Made by a program: the position numbers and the translations under genes
Part shown: positions 1-9,683 of the stretch, piece by piece
Layout of the letters: every line of letters begins with the position of its first letter
Position numbering within the stretch: the first letter of the stretch is position 1
Origin: Acetobacteraceae bacterium
GTDB lineage: Bacteria; Bacillota; Sulfobacillia; JAIMBG01
Assembly: GCA_023511555.1 (NCBI GenBank)
Contig: JAIMBG010000001.1
Location: forward strand, 961-64,960
Direction of reading: 5' to 3'
DNA length: 64,000 bases
Notes under the pieces: model-generated
The model's database searches: none
Seen by the model: only the letters and a program-made list of their open reading frames with translations
What the model was told of the DNA's origin: nothing

Positions 1-1772
1 CACCACCCGGATCTTCTCGCCGGCGTTGGCCGGGATGGTGACGATCTTGGGAAACTCGCCGGAGGTGGTAGAGCTGAGCGCCGCGGTCTGGCCGGCCGCG
101 AGGTCCCAGTAGGCGTTGTCGGCCACGATGGTGCCGCAGCCCTCCTGGTCGTGGGGGGTGTTGCCGTTGGCGATGGTGCCGTAGACCATGTGGGTGGCCG
201 ACGCCATGACCATGGAGCGGAGCACCTCGGGCCAGACCCTGAGCCAGTTCTGGTAGGAGATCATGAGCGCGACCTCGCCCGCCACCATGGGGGCGGCGTA
301 GCTCGTGCCCTGGTGAGCGTGCTCAGGCCGGGTGATCCAGGTGCCGTAGGAATTGAAGTAGCTCTGGGTCTCGGTGGAGCGCATGCCCTGCGCCACCGCG
401 CTCACCTCGGGCTTGTGCCGGTCGCCGTGAGGGGAGATGGGGTCTCTGTAGCTGGAGGCGTAGTAGCGGCTGTCGTCACCCCAGCCGGCGGTGTCGTTGT
501 CATACACCCCGCCTACGGTGAGCATGTTCCAGCCCAGCCCGGGGCTGGTGATGTTGCCGTCCTCGCCCGGGGCGCCGCGGTTGCCGGCCGACTTGCACAT
601 CAGCCGCCAGTGCTCCCAGATCACATGGTCGAAGAAGCGGTCCAGCGAGGAGGGGGTGAGGCCGGTGTCGAAGCCAAAGCTGCAGCTTAACACGTCGGCG
701 CCCTGGCCCAGGGCCCACTCCGCGGCCGCAATGAGGTCAGCGTCGTTCCATGTCTTGGCGTTGGCGCTGAGCAGCCCGATGGCGTTGCCCATCCCCTGGA
801 AGGTGGGCTCGCTGCTGGCGATGATCCCGGCAATCTCCGTGGGATGAGAGTCGATGTAGCCGGTGGTGTCACGGGTGGTGCCGTCGATCCAGGGGGCGGC
901 GAAGTCGATGCGCCCGGCCTCCGTCACTGCCACCCTGGTGTTGGCCCCGCGGATGCCGTTGCTCCAGAACCCGGTCGGGACTATGGCCGGCACGGCGCTG
1001 TTAATCTCAGGCGCGTAGTCCTTCGAGAGGTAGATGGTGACGACGTCGGCGCGCTTCTCCAAGGCGCTCAAGGCGGCGCAGGGGACTTCGGCAAAGACCA
1101 GAGGGGCGTATCGGCAGGAGTAGACCACTTCCCCGCCCAGTCCCGTCACTGCAGCCTCCACGCCCCTGGCGTGGGCCTCGTAGACCGGCTGCCGCTCCCG
1201 GGCCAGCGCGTCGCGGTAGGCCTGGACCCGCTGGGGGTCGGCCTGGGGGGCGGGGCGGTTGCCCAGGAAGGGCAGGTCGGGGTAGCGGCTGGCCACGGCG
1301 CGTTCCACCGCCCGAGTGTCGGGGGTGGTAAGCCACAGCGCCACCCGGATGCGCTCACCCGGGGCGGCGAGGGCCAGCCTCTCCTTGAGGGCGGGCTCGA
1401 TCTTGCCCCTGGCCGCTGAGAGCGCGGCCTCAGCGCTCCTCAGCCCGTCAAGTTCGGCGGGGCTGAGCGCGGAGCCGTCGGGGTTGAACGCCGCTTGGTA
1501 GGTCTTGCCTGTGGCCAGGTCCAGCACCTTGGCCAAAAGGGCGGTGCGGCCGCTCAGAGGGAAGGCGGCGCGGGTGGTGGCGATGGTCCTGAGGCTGTCG
1601 GGATCGAGCCCCTGCGTCTGAGCCACCTGGAGCAGGGCGGCTTGGGCCAGGGCGGGGCCGCCCAGCAGTCCGCGGGGGCCGGCCAGGGCGGGCCAGGCCA
1701 GGGCGGTGCCGCAGAGCAGCACCACCAGTGAGGCTGCCACCACCACTGCGGATAGGCGGGTCCTGCGGGTCA
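1..1772 (-). CDS. Subtilisin-like serine peptidase (S8 family), secreted; partial, C-terminal end lies beyond the window start
   Basis: Reading the minus strand from ATG at 1772 gives MTRRTRLSAVVVAASLVVLLCGTALA (signal peptide). Subtilase catalytic motifs follow: DTG-like Asp region, HPTEIAGI (His), GTSYAAPMVAG (Ser). GGAGG RBS sits 8 nt upstream. Not in the ORF track because it runs off the window edge. Confidence 0.8.
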
Positions 1773-2499
1773 TGTCCCATACCTCCCCTGGGGGGTGTGG
1801 TGGGGGGCCTGAGGAGCAGGCTCCCCCGGGGGCTCAGGCTGTCGTGTAACGCCTGGCCCCCAGACAATTATGCCATAGTATGCCTGTCGAATCACACCAA
1901 ACCGGGGGCCAGGGCGCCCCTCAAGTTGCGACAAGATAGGGTGCTTCCATCTCTCGGTAGAAGCTTCATGGGCTTAACCCCTTGCCCGTCTCGGACTGCA
2001 CTGATTGGCGGGGAAGGCATCCGGGCAGCAGGCGGCGCTGTAGCCAAAGGGCACCTGTTCCCTCTCCCTGGGGCCGGGAGGCGTGGCCAAACACCGCCGT
2101 CACCCCCAGCCCATAAGGGGGAAGCCGGTCATTGGCCGGGGCCCGCTGAATCCGCACGCCCGCGGCCACGGCCCCGCCTTCGGCCTGGCATGCTTCCCTG
2201 TCCCCGGTCGTCCCCCACGTCGGTCATCGCCCGCGGCCCCTCGTGTCACCCGGCGCTACTTACCCGACCTCCCCAATCCGCGCCGGCCGTGACCTTAAGC
2301 CTTCGACATCTCCTGCCAACATAAGAGTCATGCGTGACGCTACACTACCTGTCCCACGCGGATTTGCGGACTGCATTCCCTCCAGCCACCCGTCACGCCT
2401 TGTTTGGTGCCTTGTCATTTTCAGCACAGACCCGACGCGGCTTTGGCGGATTGGGGCGCAATATGACCGGACGTGTACTCATGTGTCGACAGGCAGGGT

Positions 2500-2528
2500 T
2501 TGACACTTCTCCACCTGCCCTGTACAAT
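2500..2528 (+). promoter_or_regulatory. Sigma-A type promoter: TTGACA, 17-nt spacer, TACAAT, upstream of cpaB
   Basis: TTGACA at 2500-2505, 17-nt spacer, TACAAT at 2523-2528, with TG immediately 5' of the -10. It lies ~45 nt upstream of the cpaB GTG at 2573. Confidence 0.5.
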
Positions 2529-2572
2529 GGTTACTGCGAAGCGACGCAGCTTGGTCACAGCAACCGCTCGGG

Positions 2573-3295
2573 GTGAGGGTCGTGCGGGATACGAAGCACC
2601 TGGTCGTCGCAGTGGTCGCAGCCCTGGTTACGGCAGCGCTGGTCTACTTCTACCTGGCAGCCGCCGACGCTCGGGCCGAGGTACTGATCGCGCGTCAGGA
2701 CATCCCTGCACGGGTCCGCCTGCAACCAGGCATGTTCCTGCGGGTTTCCTACCCGGCGGCCGCCGTGCACCCGGACGCCCTCACCCTGGAGCGAGAGGTT
2801 GTAGGCAAGTACCTGGTGACCCCCGTCCTGCGGGGCGAGCAGGTGCTGCGCCGCAAGCTGGCCGGCGGCCCCGCCGACCTCTCCCTGGCCGCCTCCCTGG
2901 GTCCGGGGGAGAGGGCCGTCCTGGTGCCCGTCACGCCGGAGACCGGGCTGGGCGGGGTGGTGCTGCCCGGAGACCGCGTTGATCTGGTGTTCGTGGCCGA
3001 CGAGAGACGGTTCGGCGCCTCGGCGGCCCGGGTCCTGATGAGGAGCCTCGCCGTCCTGGACGTGCGCGACGAGGGCGGCCGCGCCGCGTCCGGGGACGGG
3101 CGGGGCTCTCTGCCTATGGGGCTGGTGGTGAAGGTGACCCCCGGACAGGCGGAGAGGCTGGCGTTTGCGCTGGAGCACGGACGGCTCTACGTGGCGCTCG
3201 CGGGCCTGGAGGACGACGGCTGGGCTACGTCCGGGGTCACGCCGCAGAACCTGTTTTCACCCGAGGAGGCAGGTACCAGTGGCGCGGGGGGCTGA
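2573..3295 (+). CDS. cpaB: Flp pilus assembly protein CpaB/RcpC (SAF domain)
   Basis: N-terminal TM helix (LVVAVVAALVTAALVYFYL), then the SAF/CpaB-type architecture (…VLIARQDIPARVRL…GDRVDLVFV…). First gene of the Tad locus. Confidence 0.8.
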   Translation: MRVVRDTKHLVVAVVAALVTAALVYFYLAAADARAEVLIARQDIPARVRLQPGMFLRVSYPAAAVHPDALTLEREVVGKYLVTPVLRGEQVLRRKLAGGPADLSLAASLGPGERAVLVPVTPETGLGGVVLPGDRVDLVFVADERRFGASAARVLMRSLAVLDVRDEGGRAASGDGRGSLPMGLVVKVTPGQAERLAFALEHGRLYVALAGLEDDGWATSGVTPQNLFSPEEAGTSGAGG

Positions 3296-3653
3296 TCTAA
3301 TCTCTTCTCTCCTGGGCCGGCCGGGGCGGCCGGGGCGCCCCGCCCTGGCGGGGAGCCCGGCCTGGACGGCTGCAGCCGCCCCAGGCGGGTGGGGAGGGGC
3401 GTGCTCTTCCTCCCTCGGCCCCGAGGTTCCGCCGGACCGGAGGGAAGGTGGTGCCGGGGCAGCCGCCCAGCCGGGGGCGGGGGGTGGGGCGCCCTTTCCG
3501 CCCCCGGCCGCGGCGGCGGGGGAAGGGGGGTACGAGCGGGACTGGCGCCAGGCGGTGCGGCGGGAGTGGGGGCTGGGCTCGGGCCTCGAGGGGCCGGGCC
3601 CGGCCGGGGCCGGCCCGGGGAGGGAAGCCCCGGATTCCGGTCCCCTGGCCCGG

Positions 3654-4484
3654 GTGGTGACCGTGTTCAGCCCCAAAGGCGGCGCGGGCAAGACCTTCGT
3701 CGCGTCCAACCTGGGGGTGCTCCTGGCCGGGAGGCGGCCCGGGGAGGTGGCCCTGGCCGACCTGGCCCTCCCCGTGGGCGACGTAGGCGTGTACCTGGAT
3801 CTGGCGGGGGGTCCGACCCTCATCGACGCCCTGCCGTTTGCCGCCGACCTGGGCGGGGAGGGGATAAGGCGGTTCATGGTCCAGCACCGGCCCTCGGGCC
3901 TGGAGGTGCTGCTGGGGCCGCCGCGCCCGGAGCTGGCCGAGCTGGTGAGGCCCGACGCGGTCAGGGGCATGCTGGGGGCGCTGGAGGCGGCCTATGACCT
4001 GGTACTGCTCGACACCCCGCCCGACCTCGGCTCCGAGGTGGTCGGACAGTGTTTAGATCGCTCGGGCTGCGTGGTGCTAGTGGCCGGGGCGGACCCCGGG
4101 TGCCTCAGGCAGGTCAGGCTCCTCCTGGAGCTTCTCGGCCGGGTGCGGGGGGCGGCGCAACGCAGGCTGCTGCTGGTGCTCAACCGCTGGCCGGGCCCCG
4201 CCCGGCTCTCCCTGGCCCAGGTGGGAGGCTTCCTGGGCCGGCCGGTGGACCTGGCCATCCCCGACGACCGACGGGCGGTGGAGTGCGCCGCGCTGAGCGG
4301 GCGCCCCGTGGCCCAGGTCCACCCCTGCCACCCCGTGACCCGGGCGCTTGATGCCCTGGCCCAGATGGTCTGGCCGCGGCCTCGACCCCTGGAGGGCCTG
4401 GCCCCGGCGCGGGGGACGGGGGCGGGCGTTCCGGCCTCGCGCGGGGGCTCGCTCCGGCGCTGGTGGGGGAGGTGGAGAAGCTGA
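3654..4484 (+). CDS. cpaE: CpaE/TadZ-like ParA/MinD-family ATPase of the Tad system
   Basis: Deviant Walker A VVTVFSPKGGAGKTFVASNLG starts at the in-frame GTG 3654. This is the first canonical start after the cpaB stop, so I start the CDS here. The maximal ORF (3165) overlaps cpaB and would add a Gly/Ala/Pro low-complexity N-terminus with no canonical start; the true start is uncertain. Confidence 0.7.
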   Translation: MVTVFSPKGGAGKTFVASNLGVLLAGRRPGEVALADLALPVGDVGVYLDLAGGPTLIDALPFAADLGGEGIRRFMVQHRPSGLEVLLGPPRPELAELVRPDAVRGMLGALEAAYDLVLLDTPPDLGSEVVGQCLDRSGCVVLVAGADPGCLRQVRLLLELLGRVRGAAQRRLLLVLNRWPGPARLSLAQVGGFLGRPVDLAIPDDRRAVECAALSGRPVAQVHPCHPVTRALDALAQMVWPRPRPLEGLAPARGTGAGVPASRGGSLRRWWGRWRS

Positions 4485-6139
4485 GCCCAGGACTGCTTTC
4501 CCGACTGGAGGAGGCTGCCTCCTGGCCTGCGGCGGCCGGAGGCCGGGACGGCGCGACGGACGCCCCCGGGGGCAGGGTGGGGGTTTCTGCCGGCCCGACC
4601 GGGGCCCCGGTGGAGGATCGGGGCGGCGGCGCGGCCGCCGGGTCCCAGGCCTGCCCAGCTCCGGAGGGGCGGGACGGGCCTGCGTCCCGTGAGGCGGGGC
4701 TCGGCCCGGGGCTCACCCTGGAGGGGGTGGTGCGGCTGGCCCAGGAGCACATCCTCCGCGACCACTCCGACCTGCTGCTTGGGGCCCGCAGGGACCCCGA
4801 CCGGCGGCGCAAGCTGCGGGGCATCATCGCCCGGGTGCTGGTGAGCCAGGGCATCGGGTTCCCCGGCCCCAGCCGGGAGGCGCTGGTGGACCGGGTCACC
4901 AGCGAGATCGTGGGCTTCGGCCCCATCGACGGGGCCATCAGGGACCCAGAGGTGACGGAGGTGATGGTGAACGGCCCGGGGCAGGTATACCTGGAGAAGG
5001 CCGGCCGCCTGGAGCTCTCGCCCATCCGCTTTCGGGACGAAGACCACCTCATGGAGGTCATAAGCCGGATCGTGGCGCCGCTGGGGCGGCGGGTGGACCA
5101 GAGCAGCCCTTATGTGGACGCCCGTCTGCCCGACGGCTCCCGGGTGCATGCCATCGTTCCCCCTCTGGCCCTGGATGGGCCGGCGCTCACCATCCGCAAG
5201 TTCGCCCGCCAGGCGCTTACCCTTGAGGACCTGGTAGGCCTGGAGTCGCTGTCGCCGGAGATGGCCGGGTTCCTCAAGGTCTGCGTCCAGGGAAGGCTGA
5301 ACCTGGTGGTCTCTGGAGGCGCGGCCTCAGGCAAGACCACCACCCTCAACGCGCTGTCGGCTTTTATACAGGACGAGAGGGTGATCACTATCGAGGACGC
5401 GGCCGAGCTAGAGCTGAGGCAGCCCCACGTGGTGAGGCTGGAGTGCCGCCCGCCCAACCTGGAGGGCAGAGGCGAGGTAACGGTCCGGGACCTGGTGCGC
5501 AACGCGCTCCGCATGCGCCCCGACCGCATCATCGTCGGCGAGTGTCGCGGCGCCGAGGCCTTTGACGTGCTCCAGGCCATGAACACCGGCCACGACGGCT
5601 CCATGACCACGGTGCACGCCAACGGACCGCGGGACGCGCTGTCGCGCCTGGAGAACATGGCGCTCACCGCCGGCGAGGGCGTCCCGCTGTTTGCGCTGCG
5701 CGAGCAGATGCGGTCGGCGCTGGACCTCGTGGTACACCAGGCCCGCTTCCGCGACGGCAGCCGGCGGGTGGTGAGCATCTGCCTGGTGGCCGGTTCCGGC
5801 CCGAGACGGGGTGCGGAGGCGGCGGGCCCGCCGGGCGCTGGTCCGGGTGGCGGGGCGGGGAAGCAGCCGGGCCCGCCCGGCGGAGCGGACCAGCAGCCGG
5901 ACTCGGGGCCGGCCTGGGCCGGGCCCGACCTCCCGGCACTCCTGCCCGTTTTCTGGTTCGAGGTGACCGGGGTGGACGCCTCCGGCAAGGTCCGCGGCGT
6001 CTTCCGCCAGGCCCCGCGCCTGGCCCTTCCTCCCCGGCTGGAGGAGAAGCTCAGGGCTGCCGGCCTGGAGCCGGGGCGCTGGTGGGGGCGGGGAAGCGAT
6101 GAAGGCGCCAGGCTGCAGCGCGGGGGGGCAGCGGGCTGA
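4463..6139 (+). CDS. cpaF: Tad pilus ATPase CpaF/TadA (type II/IV secretion ATPase)
   Basis: Walker A GGAASGKTT, Asp box, Walker B (RIIVGECRG), His box (TGHDGSMTTVHAN). A Gly/Pro-rich insertion (…GSGPRRGAEAAGPPGAGPGGGAGKQPGPPGG…) sits in the C-terminal domain. Confidence 0.9.
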   Translation: MGEVEKLSPGLLSRLEEAASWPAAAGGRDGATDAPGGRVGVSAGPTGAPVEDRGGGAAAGSQACPAPEGRDGPASREAGLGPGLTLEGVVRLAQEHILRDHSDLLLGARRDPDRRRKLRGIIARVLVSQGIGFPGPSREALVDRVTSEIVGFGPIDGAIRDPEVTEVMVNGPGQVYLEKAGRLELSPIRFRDEDHLMEVISRIVAPLGRRVDQSSPYVDARLPDGSRVHAIVPPLALDGPALTIRKFARQALTLEDLVGLESLSPEMAGFLKVCVQGRLNLVVSGGAASGKTTTLNALSAFIQDERVITIEDAAELELRQPHVVRLECRPPNLEGRGEVTVRDLVRNALRMRPDRIIVGECRGAEAFDVLQAMNTGHDGSMTTVHANGPRDALSRLENMALTAGEGVPLFALREQMRSALDLVVHQARFRDGSRRVVSICLVAGSGPRRGAEAAGPPGAGPGGGAGKQPGPPGGADQQPDSGPAWAGPDLPALLPVFWFEVTGVDASGKVRGVFRQAPRLALPPRLEEKLRAAGLEPGRWWGRGSDEGARLQRGGAAG

Positions 6140-6144
6140 AGAGG

Positions 6145-7044
6145 TTGGAGGGGGGTGGGGATGTGCCGGGCGGAGGCTGGGTGCTGGGGCTGATCCGGGT
6201 GCTGGCGGCGGCGGGCGCGGGGGTGGGCGTCTACCGGGCGTTCTGTTGGACGCGGAGGCCCCGCCTCACCCGGGCGCTGGGAGGCGCCGCTGCCGGGCCG
6301 GTGACGGGGTTCGGCCGGCTTCAGGCCGGGCTGGGCCTCCTCAGCCGGGCCTGGGGGCGGTCGTGGCTCGCCATTCTCGCTGGGGCCCTGGGCCTGGGGC
6401 TGGGCTGGGCCCTGGCCGGCCCGGTCCTGGGGGCGGCGGGAGCGGCGGTGGCGGCCGGGTCAGCCGTGAGCTGGCTGAGGGGCAGGAGGAGGGCTAGGAT
6501 CCAACGGCTGGAGGACCGGCTGGAGGGGGTGCTGCTCTCGCTGGCCAGCTCGCTCCAGGCGGGACTGAGCCTGGTTCAGGCGGTGCGGGCGGCGGCGGAG
6601 GGGGGGAGCCCGCTAGGGCCGGAGCTGGCCGAGGTGGTGGGGCAGTATGACGCCGGCGTCCCGCTTGTCGAGGCGTTCGCCCGCCTGGCCCGGGAGCGGC
6701 CCTGCCCGGGTCTGAGGCACCTGGCCCGGGCCCTGGAGGTTCACCAGAGGGTGGGCGGGGACCTGCCCGCCCTGCTGGCCGGCCTCGCCGAGGCCCAGAG
6801 GGAGAGAAGGCTGCTCCAGGGCGAACTCAGGGCGCGGACGGCCGACGCCCGGCTCACCGCCCTCATCCTGGTGCTGCTCCCGCCGGCCCTGATCCTGGTG
6901 CTGGCGGTGGGCCAGCCGCAGTCACTGGGCACCCTGCTGGGCCACCCCTTGGGCCGGGTTGGTGTGGGCTACGCCTTCTGCTCCTGGTGCCTGGGGGCGG
7001 GCCTGGCGGTGCGCCTGTTGGGGTCGGGGGTGGGGGGCGGCTAG
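6145..7044 (+). CDS. tadB: Tad pilus inner-membrane protein TadB (T2SS F domain)
   Basis: T2SSF-like membrane protein with the TadB pattern (…LAEAQRERRLLQGELRARTADARLTALILVLLP…). TTG at 6145 or GTG at 6163, after a GGAGGGGGG RBS. Confidence 0.8.
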   Translation: MEGGGDVPGGGWVLGLIRVLAAAGAGVGVYRAFCWTRRPRLTRALGGAAAGPVTGFGRLQAGLGLLSRAWGRSWLAILAGALGLGLGWALAGPVLGAAGAAVAAGSAVSWLRGRRRARIQRLEDRLEGVLLSLASSLQAGLSLVQAVRAAAEGGSPLGPELAEVVGQYDAGVPLVEAFARLARERPCPGLRHLARALEVHQRVGGDLPALLAGLAEAQRERRLLQGELRARTADARLTALILVLLPPALILVLAVGQPQSLGTLLGHPLGRVGVGYAFCSWCLGAGLAVRLLGSGVGGG

Positions 7045-7052
7045 CGGTCGCG

Positions 7053-8084
7053 GTGCCGCGGGACGGACAGGGGGGTGGCGAGGTGGGGGCGGGAGGCGGG
7101 GCGGCTTCGCTGTGGGCCGTGGCGGCGGCGGTGGCGGCCGCAGGGGCCGTCTACCACGGCCTCCGGGCCTGGGGTGGGGGGCTGGGGCCGTGGGGAGGAA
7201 CGTCGCTTTCGCGGCTGGCGAGGCGAAGGACCGGTTCCCTCGACTGTCTGAGGGGCCCGGGGGCGGCGCCCGGGTCGGCCTCGGGTCAGGCTGCGGCTGG
7301 CGCGGGAGCGGCCGGACAGGGAGGCGGCCTCTCAGCCCGGGCGCGGGCGGCTGCGGGATGGGTCTGGCCCCGGCTTCCTGGGGCGCTGCGGGCAAGCCTT
7401 CGCCGGGACTGGGACCTGGTGGGCGGAGGCAGGGCCGGGGACCCCCGGGACGTGCTGGCCCGGGGCCTTGGGGCGGCGGCCCTGGCCCTGGCGGCGGCCG
7501 TCGCGGCCTTGGGGGCGGCGCGGCTCACAGGATCCGCCATCATCCGGTGGATGGCGTGGCCGTCGGTTTTGATCCTGCCCCCGGCGGGGCTCCTCTACCC
7601 CCTCTTGAGACTGAGGCGGGACGCCACCTGCAGGCGGGCCCAGGTACTCTCTGCCCTGCCCGAGGCCCTGGACCTCCTGGCTATATGCACTGCGGCCGGA
7701 CTCAACCTGCCCCAGGCCTTGGGGGTGGCGGCCCAACACGCCGGCGGGGGGCTGGGCCGGGAACTGGGGAGGCTGGAGAGCGAGCTTCTGGCTGGCCGGC
7801 GGCTCTCTGAGGCGCTAGGGGCTCTGGCCTCGCGGCTTGACCTCTGGCCGGTAAGCCTTCTGGCCGGGGCGCTGATGCAGGCGGAGGCCCTGGGCACGCC
7901 GCTGGCGGAGGTGATGAGGGCGCAGACCGCCGCGGCGAGGACCTGGCGGCGGCAGGCGGTGGAGGCCAGGATCGGCACCCTTCCCACCCGCCTTACCCTG
8001 GTCTCCATTTTCCTCCTCATGCCGGCGGTGTTCGTGGTGGCGGTCCTGCCCAACGTGCTGGCGTTCGTGGGCGGGCGGTGGTGA
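7053..8084 (+). CDS. tadC: Tad pilus inner-membrane protein TadC (T2SS F domain)
   Basis: Second T2SSF paralog (…ALDLLAICTAAGLNLPQALGVAA…MRAQTAAARTWRRQAVEARIGTLPTRLTLVSIFLLMPAVFVV). In-frame GTG at 7053 directly after the tadB stop; the maximal ORF starts at 6987. Confidence 0.75.
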   Translation: MPRDGQGGGEVGAGGGAASLWAVAAAVAAAGAVYHGLRAWGGGLGPWGGTSLSRLARRRTGSLDCLRGPGAAPGSASGQAAAGAGAAGQGGGLSARARAAAGWVWPRLPGALRASLRRDWDLVGGGRAGDPRDVLARGLGAAALALAAAVAALGAARLTGSAIIRWMAWPSVLILPPAGLLYPLLRLRRDATCRRAQVLSALPEALDLLAICTAAGLNLPQALGVAAQHAGGGLGRELGRLESELLAGRRLSEALGALASRLDLWPVSLLAGALMQAEALGTPLAEVMRAQTAAARTWRRQAVEARIGTLPTRLTLVSIFLLMPAVFVVAVLPNVLAFVGGRW

Positions 8085-8102
8085 GGGGGCGATTGGTCGC
8101 GA

Positions 8103-8411
8103 GTGTGGCTGCGGGAGGCTTTGCAGCCTGGGAGGGGGCGGTGGGATGGACGGCAGGGCGGGGTTAGGGCAGGCGGCGGCGAGGCTGGCACGGGGAGGTG
8201 GGCCTGGTTCCGGAGGCTCCGACGGGCTGCGGCGGACGGGCTTCGGCAGATTGCGGCCTGGGCGGCGTCCCCGGAAGGGGCGACCACGACGGAGTACGCC
8301 CTGCTCCTGGCCCTCGTGGTCGTGGTGCTCATCGGCACGCTGAGCGCGCTGGGGTCGGTGCTCAACGAGAAGCTGCAGGAGATCATAGACGAGATAAGCC
8401 ACGCAGGCTAG
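8103..8411 (+). CDS. flp: Flp/Fap family pilin (prepilin), probably with a long leader
   Basis: Flp motif …SPEG|ATTTEYALLLALVVVVLIGTLSALGSV… (G/xxxxEY cleavage-site signature plus hydrophobic stretch). GTG 8103 is the only canonical in-frame start; the mature pilin would be ~50 aa. Confidence 0.6.
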   Translation: MWLREALQPGRGRWDGRQGGVRAGGGEAGTGRWAWFRRLRRAAADGLRQIAAWAASPEGATTTEYALLLALVVVVLIGTLSALGSVLNEKLQEIIDEISHAG

Positions 8412-8601
8412 AGGGTGCAGGGTAGGGGCCCTGGGGCGGCCGGGGTCGGGCGGGGCTTGGCCCCCAGGCAGGGGCGACGGGCAGCGGCGCCCGTCCGGCC
8501 CCGGGCCGCCCCAGCCCTTGGGCCGGCGGGGTCGGGCAGGGGGCGGGCCGACCGGGCCAGCGCGGGACGCAGGCCGGGCAGGGGGGAGGGGCGCGGTTGC
8601 C

Positions 8602-9021
8602 GTGGTGTGGCAGAGGCTGTGGCGGGGCGCATCGCAGGGATCCGGGGCTGTGCTGGTGGAGTTCGTGCTTGTGGCGGGGCTGGTGCTGGTGCTACTGTTT
8701 GGAAGCATAGAGTACGGGCTGCTGCTGAACGCCAGGCTGGTGCTGGAGGCAGCGGCGCGGGATGGGGCCAGGCGGGCGGCGGTAGAGGGGGGCACCGGCG
8801 AGCAGGTGCTGGAACGAATCGCCCGGCAGCTGGAGCTGGGGGGCATAGACCCGGAGAAGGTGGAGGTGGACATAAGCCCCTGGTGGGCGGAGTATGGAAG
8901 GACGATCAGGGTGCGTCTGGCCTACGACTATCCCCTGATAAGCCCGGTGGTGAGGACGCTGTTGGGCGAGAGCGTGCGCCTGGAGGTGCGCGCCATCACG
9001 CGGAGCGAGAGGTCGAGGTGA
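8602..9021 (+). CDS. tadE: TadE-like pseudopilin / pilus assembly protein
   Basis: TadE N-terminal signature …GSGAVLVEFVLVAGLVLVLLFGSIEYG…; GTG 8602/8605 follows a GGGGGGAGGGG RBS. Maximal ORF starts at 8518. Confidence 0.65.
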   Translation: MVWQRLWRGASQGSGAVLVEFVLVAGLVLVLLFGSIEYGLLLNARLVLEAAARDGARRAAVEGGTGEQVLERIARQLELGGIDPEKVEVDISPWWAEYGRTIRVRLAYDYPLISPVVRTLLGESVRLEVRAITRSERSR

Positions 9022-9071
9022 GCGTCCGTGGGGCGGGTGATCCAGTTCCCCATGGTGAGGAGGGGTGAGGA

Positions 9072-9683
9072 GTGCGCCGGCTGGGAGGGGGACGTGGTGC
9101 TTGCACCGGAGCCGGCGGGCGAGGAGGGCTCAGGGGTGATACTGTTCCCCCCGGGGGGGAGGGCGTCCCTTCCCCGGCGGCCCGGGCAGCCCAGGCGGGG
9201 GCGGCGGCGCTCCTCCTGGTGGTCGCGCTCCCCGTCCTGGCCGCGGCCCTGGGGCTAGTGGCCGACGGGGGTGTGATGCTGCTCTGCCGGCTGCGGGCGC
9301 AAGGGGCGGCCGACCTGGCGGCGCTGGCGGCAGCGCAGGACGTGGACCTGGAGAGGCTGGCCAGGGGAGAGCGGTTCATCGTGGAGGAGCAGGCACGCCG
9401 GGATGCCCGGGACTGGGCGCTGGGCAACCTGGAGCCCCTGGCTGAGCTCATGGGTGGTCCTCCCCAGCAGTTGGCCGAAATCGAAGTGGAGGTCATCAAC
9501 CCCCCGCCTGGCGGTTCCGTACGCCACCCCCGGACCGGCAGGTTGGTGTCCGACCCCACGGTATGGGTTGCGGTGTCCTTCCCGGTGCGGCTGCCGCTGG
9601 GGCTGGCGGCGTTGCAGGGAAGGGCCTGGGCCCAGGCCGACGCCAGCGTGGTGGAGAAGAAGGCGGGGGCCCAGGGATCATAG
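9072..9683 (+). CDS. TadE/TadG-like pilus assembly protein
   Basis: Hydrophobic TadE/G-type N-terminus (AAALLLVVALPVLAAALGLVADGGVMLLCRLRAQGAADLAALAAAQD). Last gene of the Tad locus, convergent with livF. Confidence 0.5.
   Translation: MRRLGGGRGACTGAGGRGGLRGDTVPPGGEGVPSPAARAAQAGAAALLLVVALPVLAAALGLVADGGVMLLCRLRAQGAADLAALAAAQDVDLERLARGERFIVEEQARRDARDWALGNLEPLAELMGGPPQQLAEIEVEVINPPPGGSVRHPRTGRLVSDPTVWVAVSFPVRLPLGLAALQGRAWAQADASVVEKKAGAQGS

Noticed and set aside
151-1419. Plus-strand ORFs (151..690, 491..847, 844..1419 and others) over the first 1.7 kb
   Set aside because: They are antisense to a clean, continuous subtilase reading frame with signal peptide and catalytic triad motifs. They are low-complexity translations typical of stop-poor GC-rich DNA.
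1773-2499. Lower-GC ~700-nt gap between the subtilase start and the tad promoter, with several small ORFs (1728..2324, 2083..2292, 2243..2503)
   Set aside because: The ORFs have no RBS and give low-complexity translations. The region is better read as divergent promoter/regulatory space. A minus-strand promoter for the subtilase could not be pinned down.
3165-3653. Taking the maximal ORF (3165..4484) as the cpaE CDS
   Set aside because: It would overlap cpaB by 130 nt in another frame and add ~160 residues of pure Gly/Ala/Pro/Arg low complexity. Kept as an alternative because no canonical start exists between 3297 and 3654.
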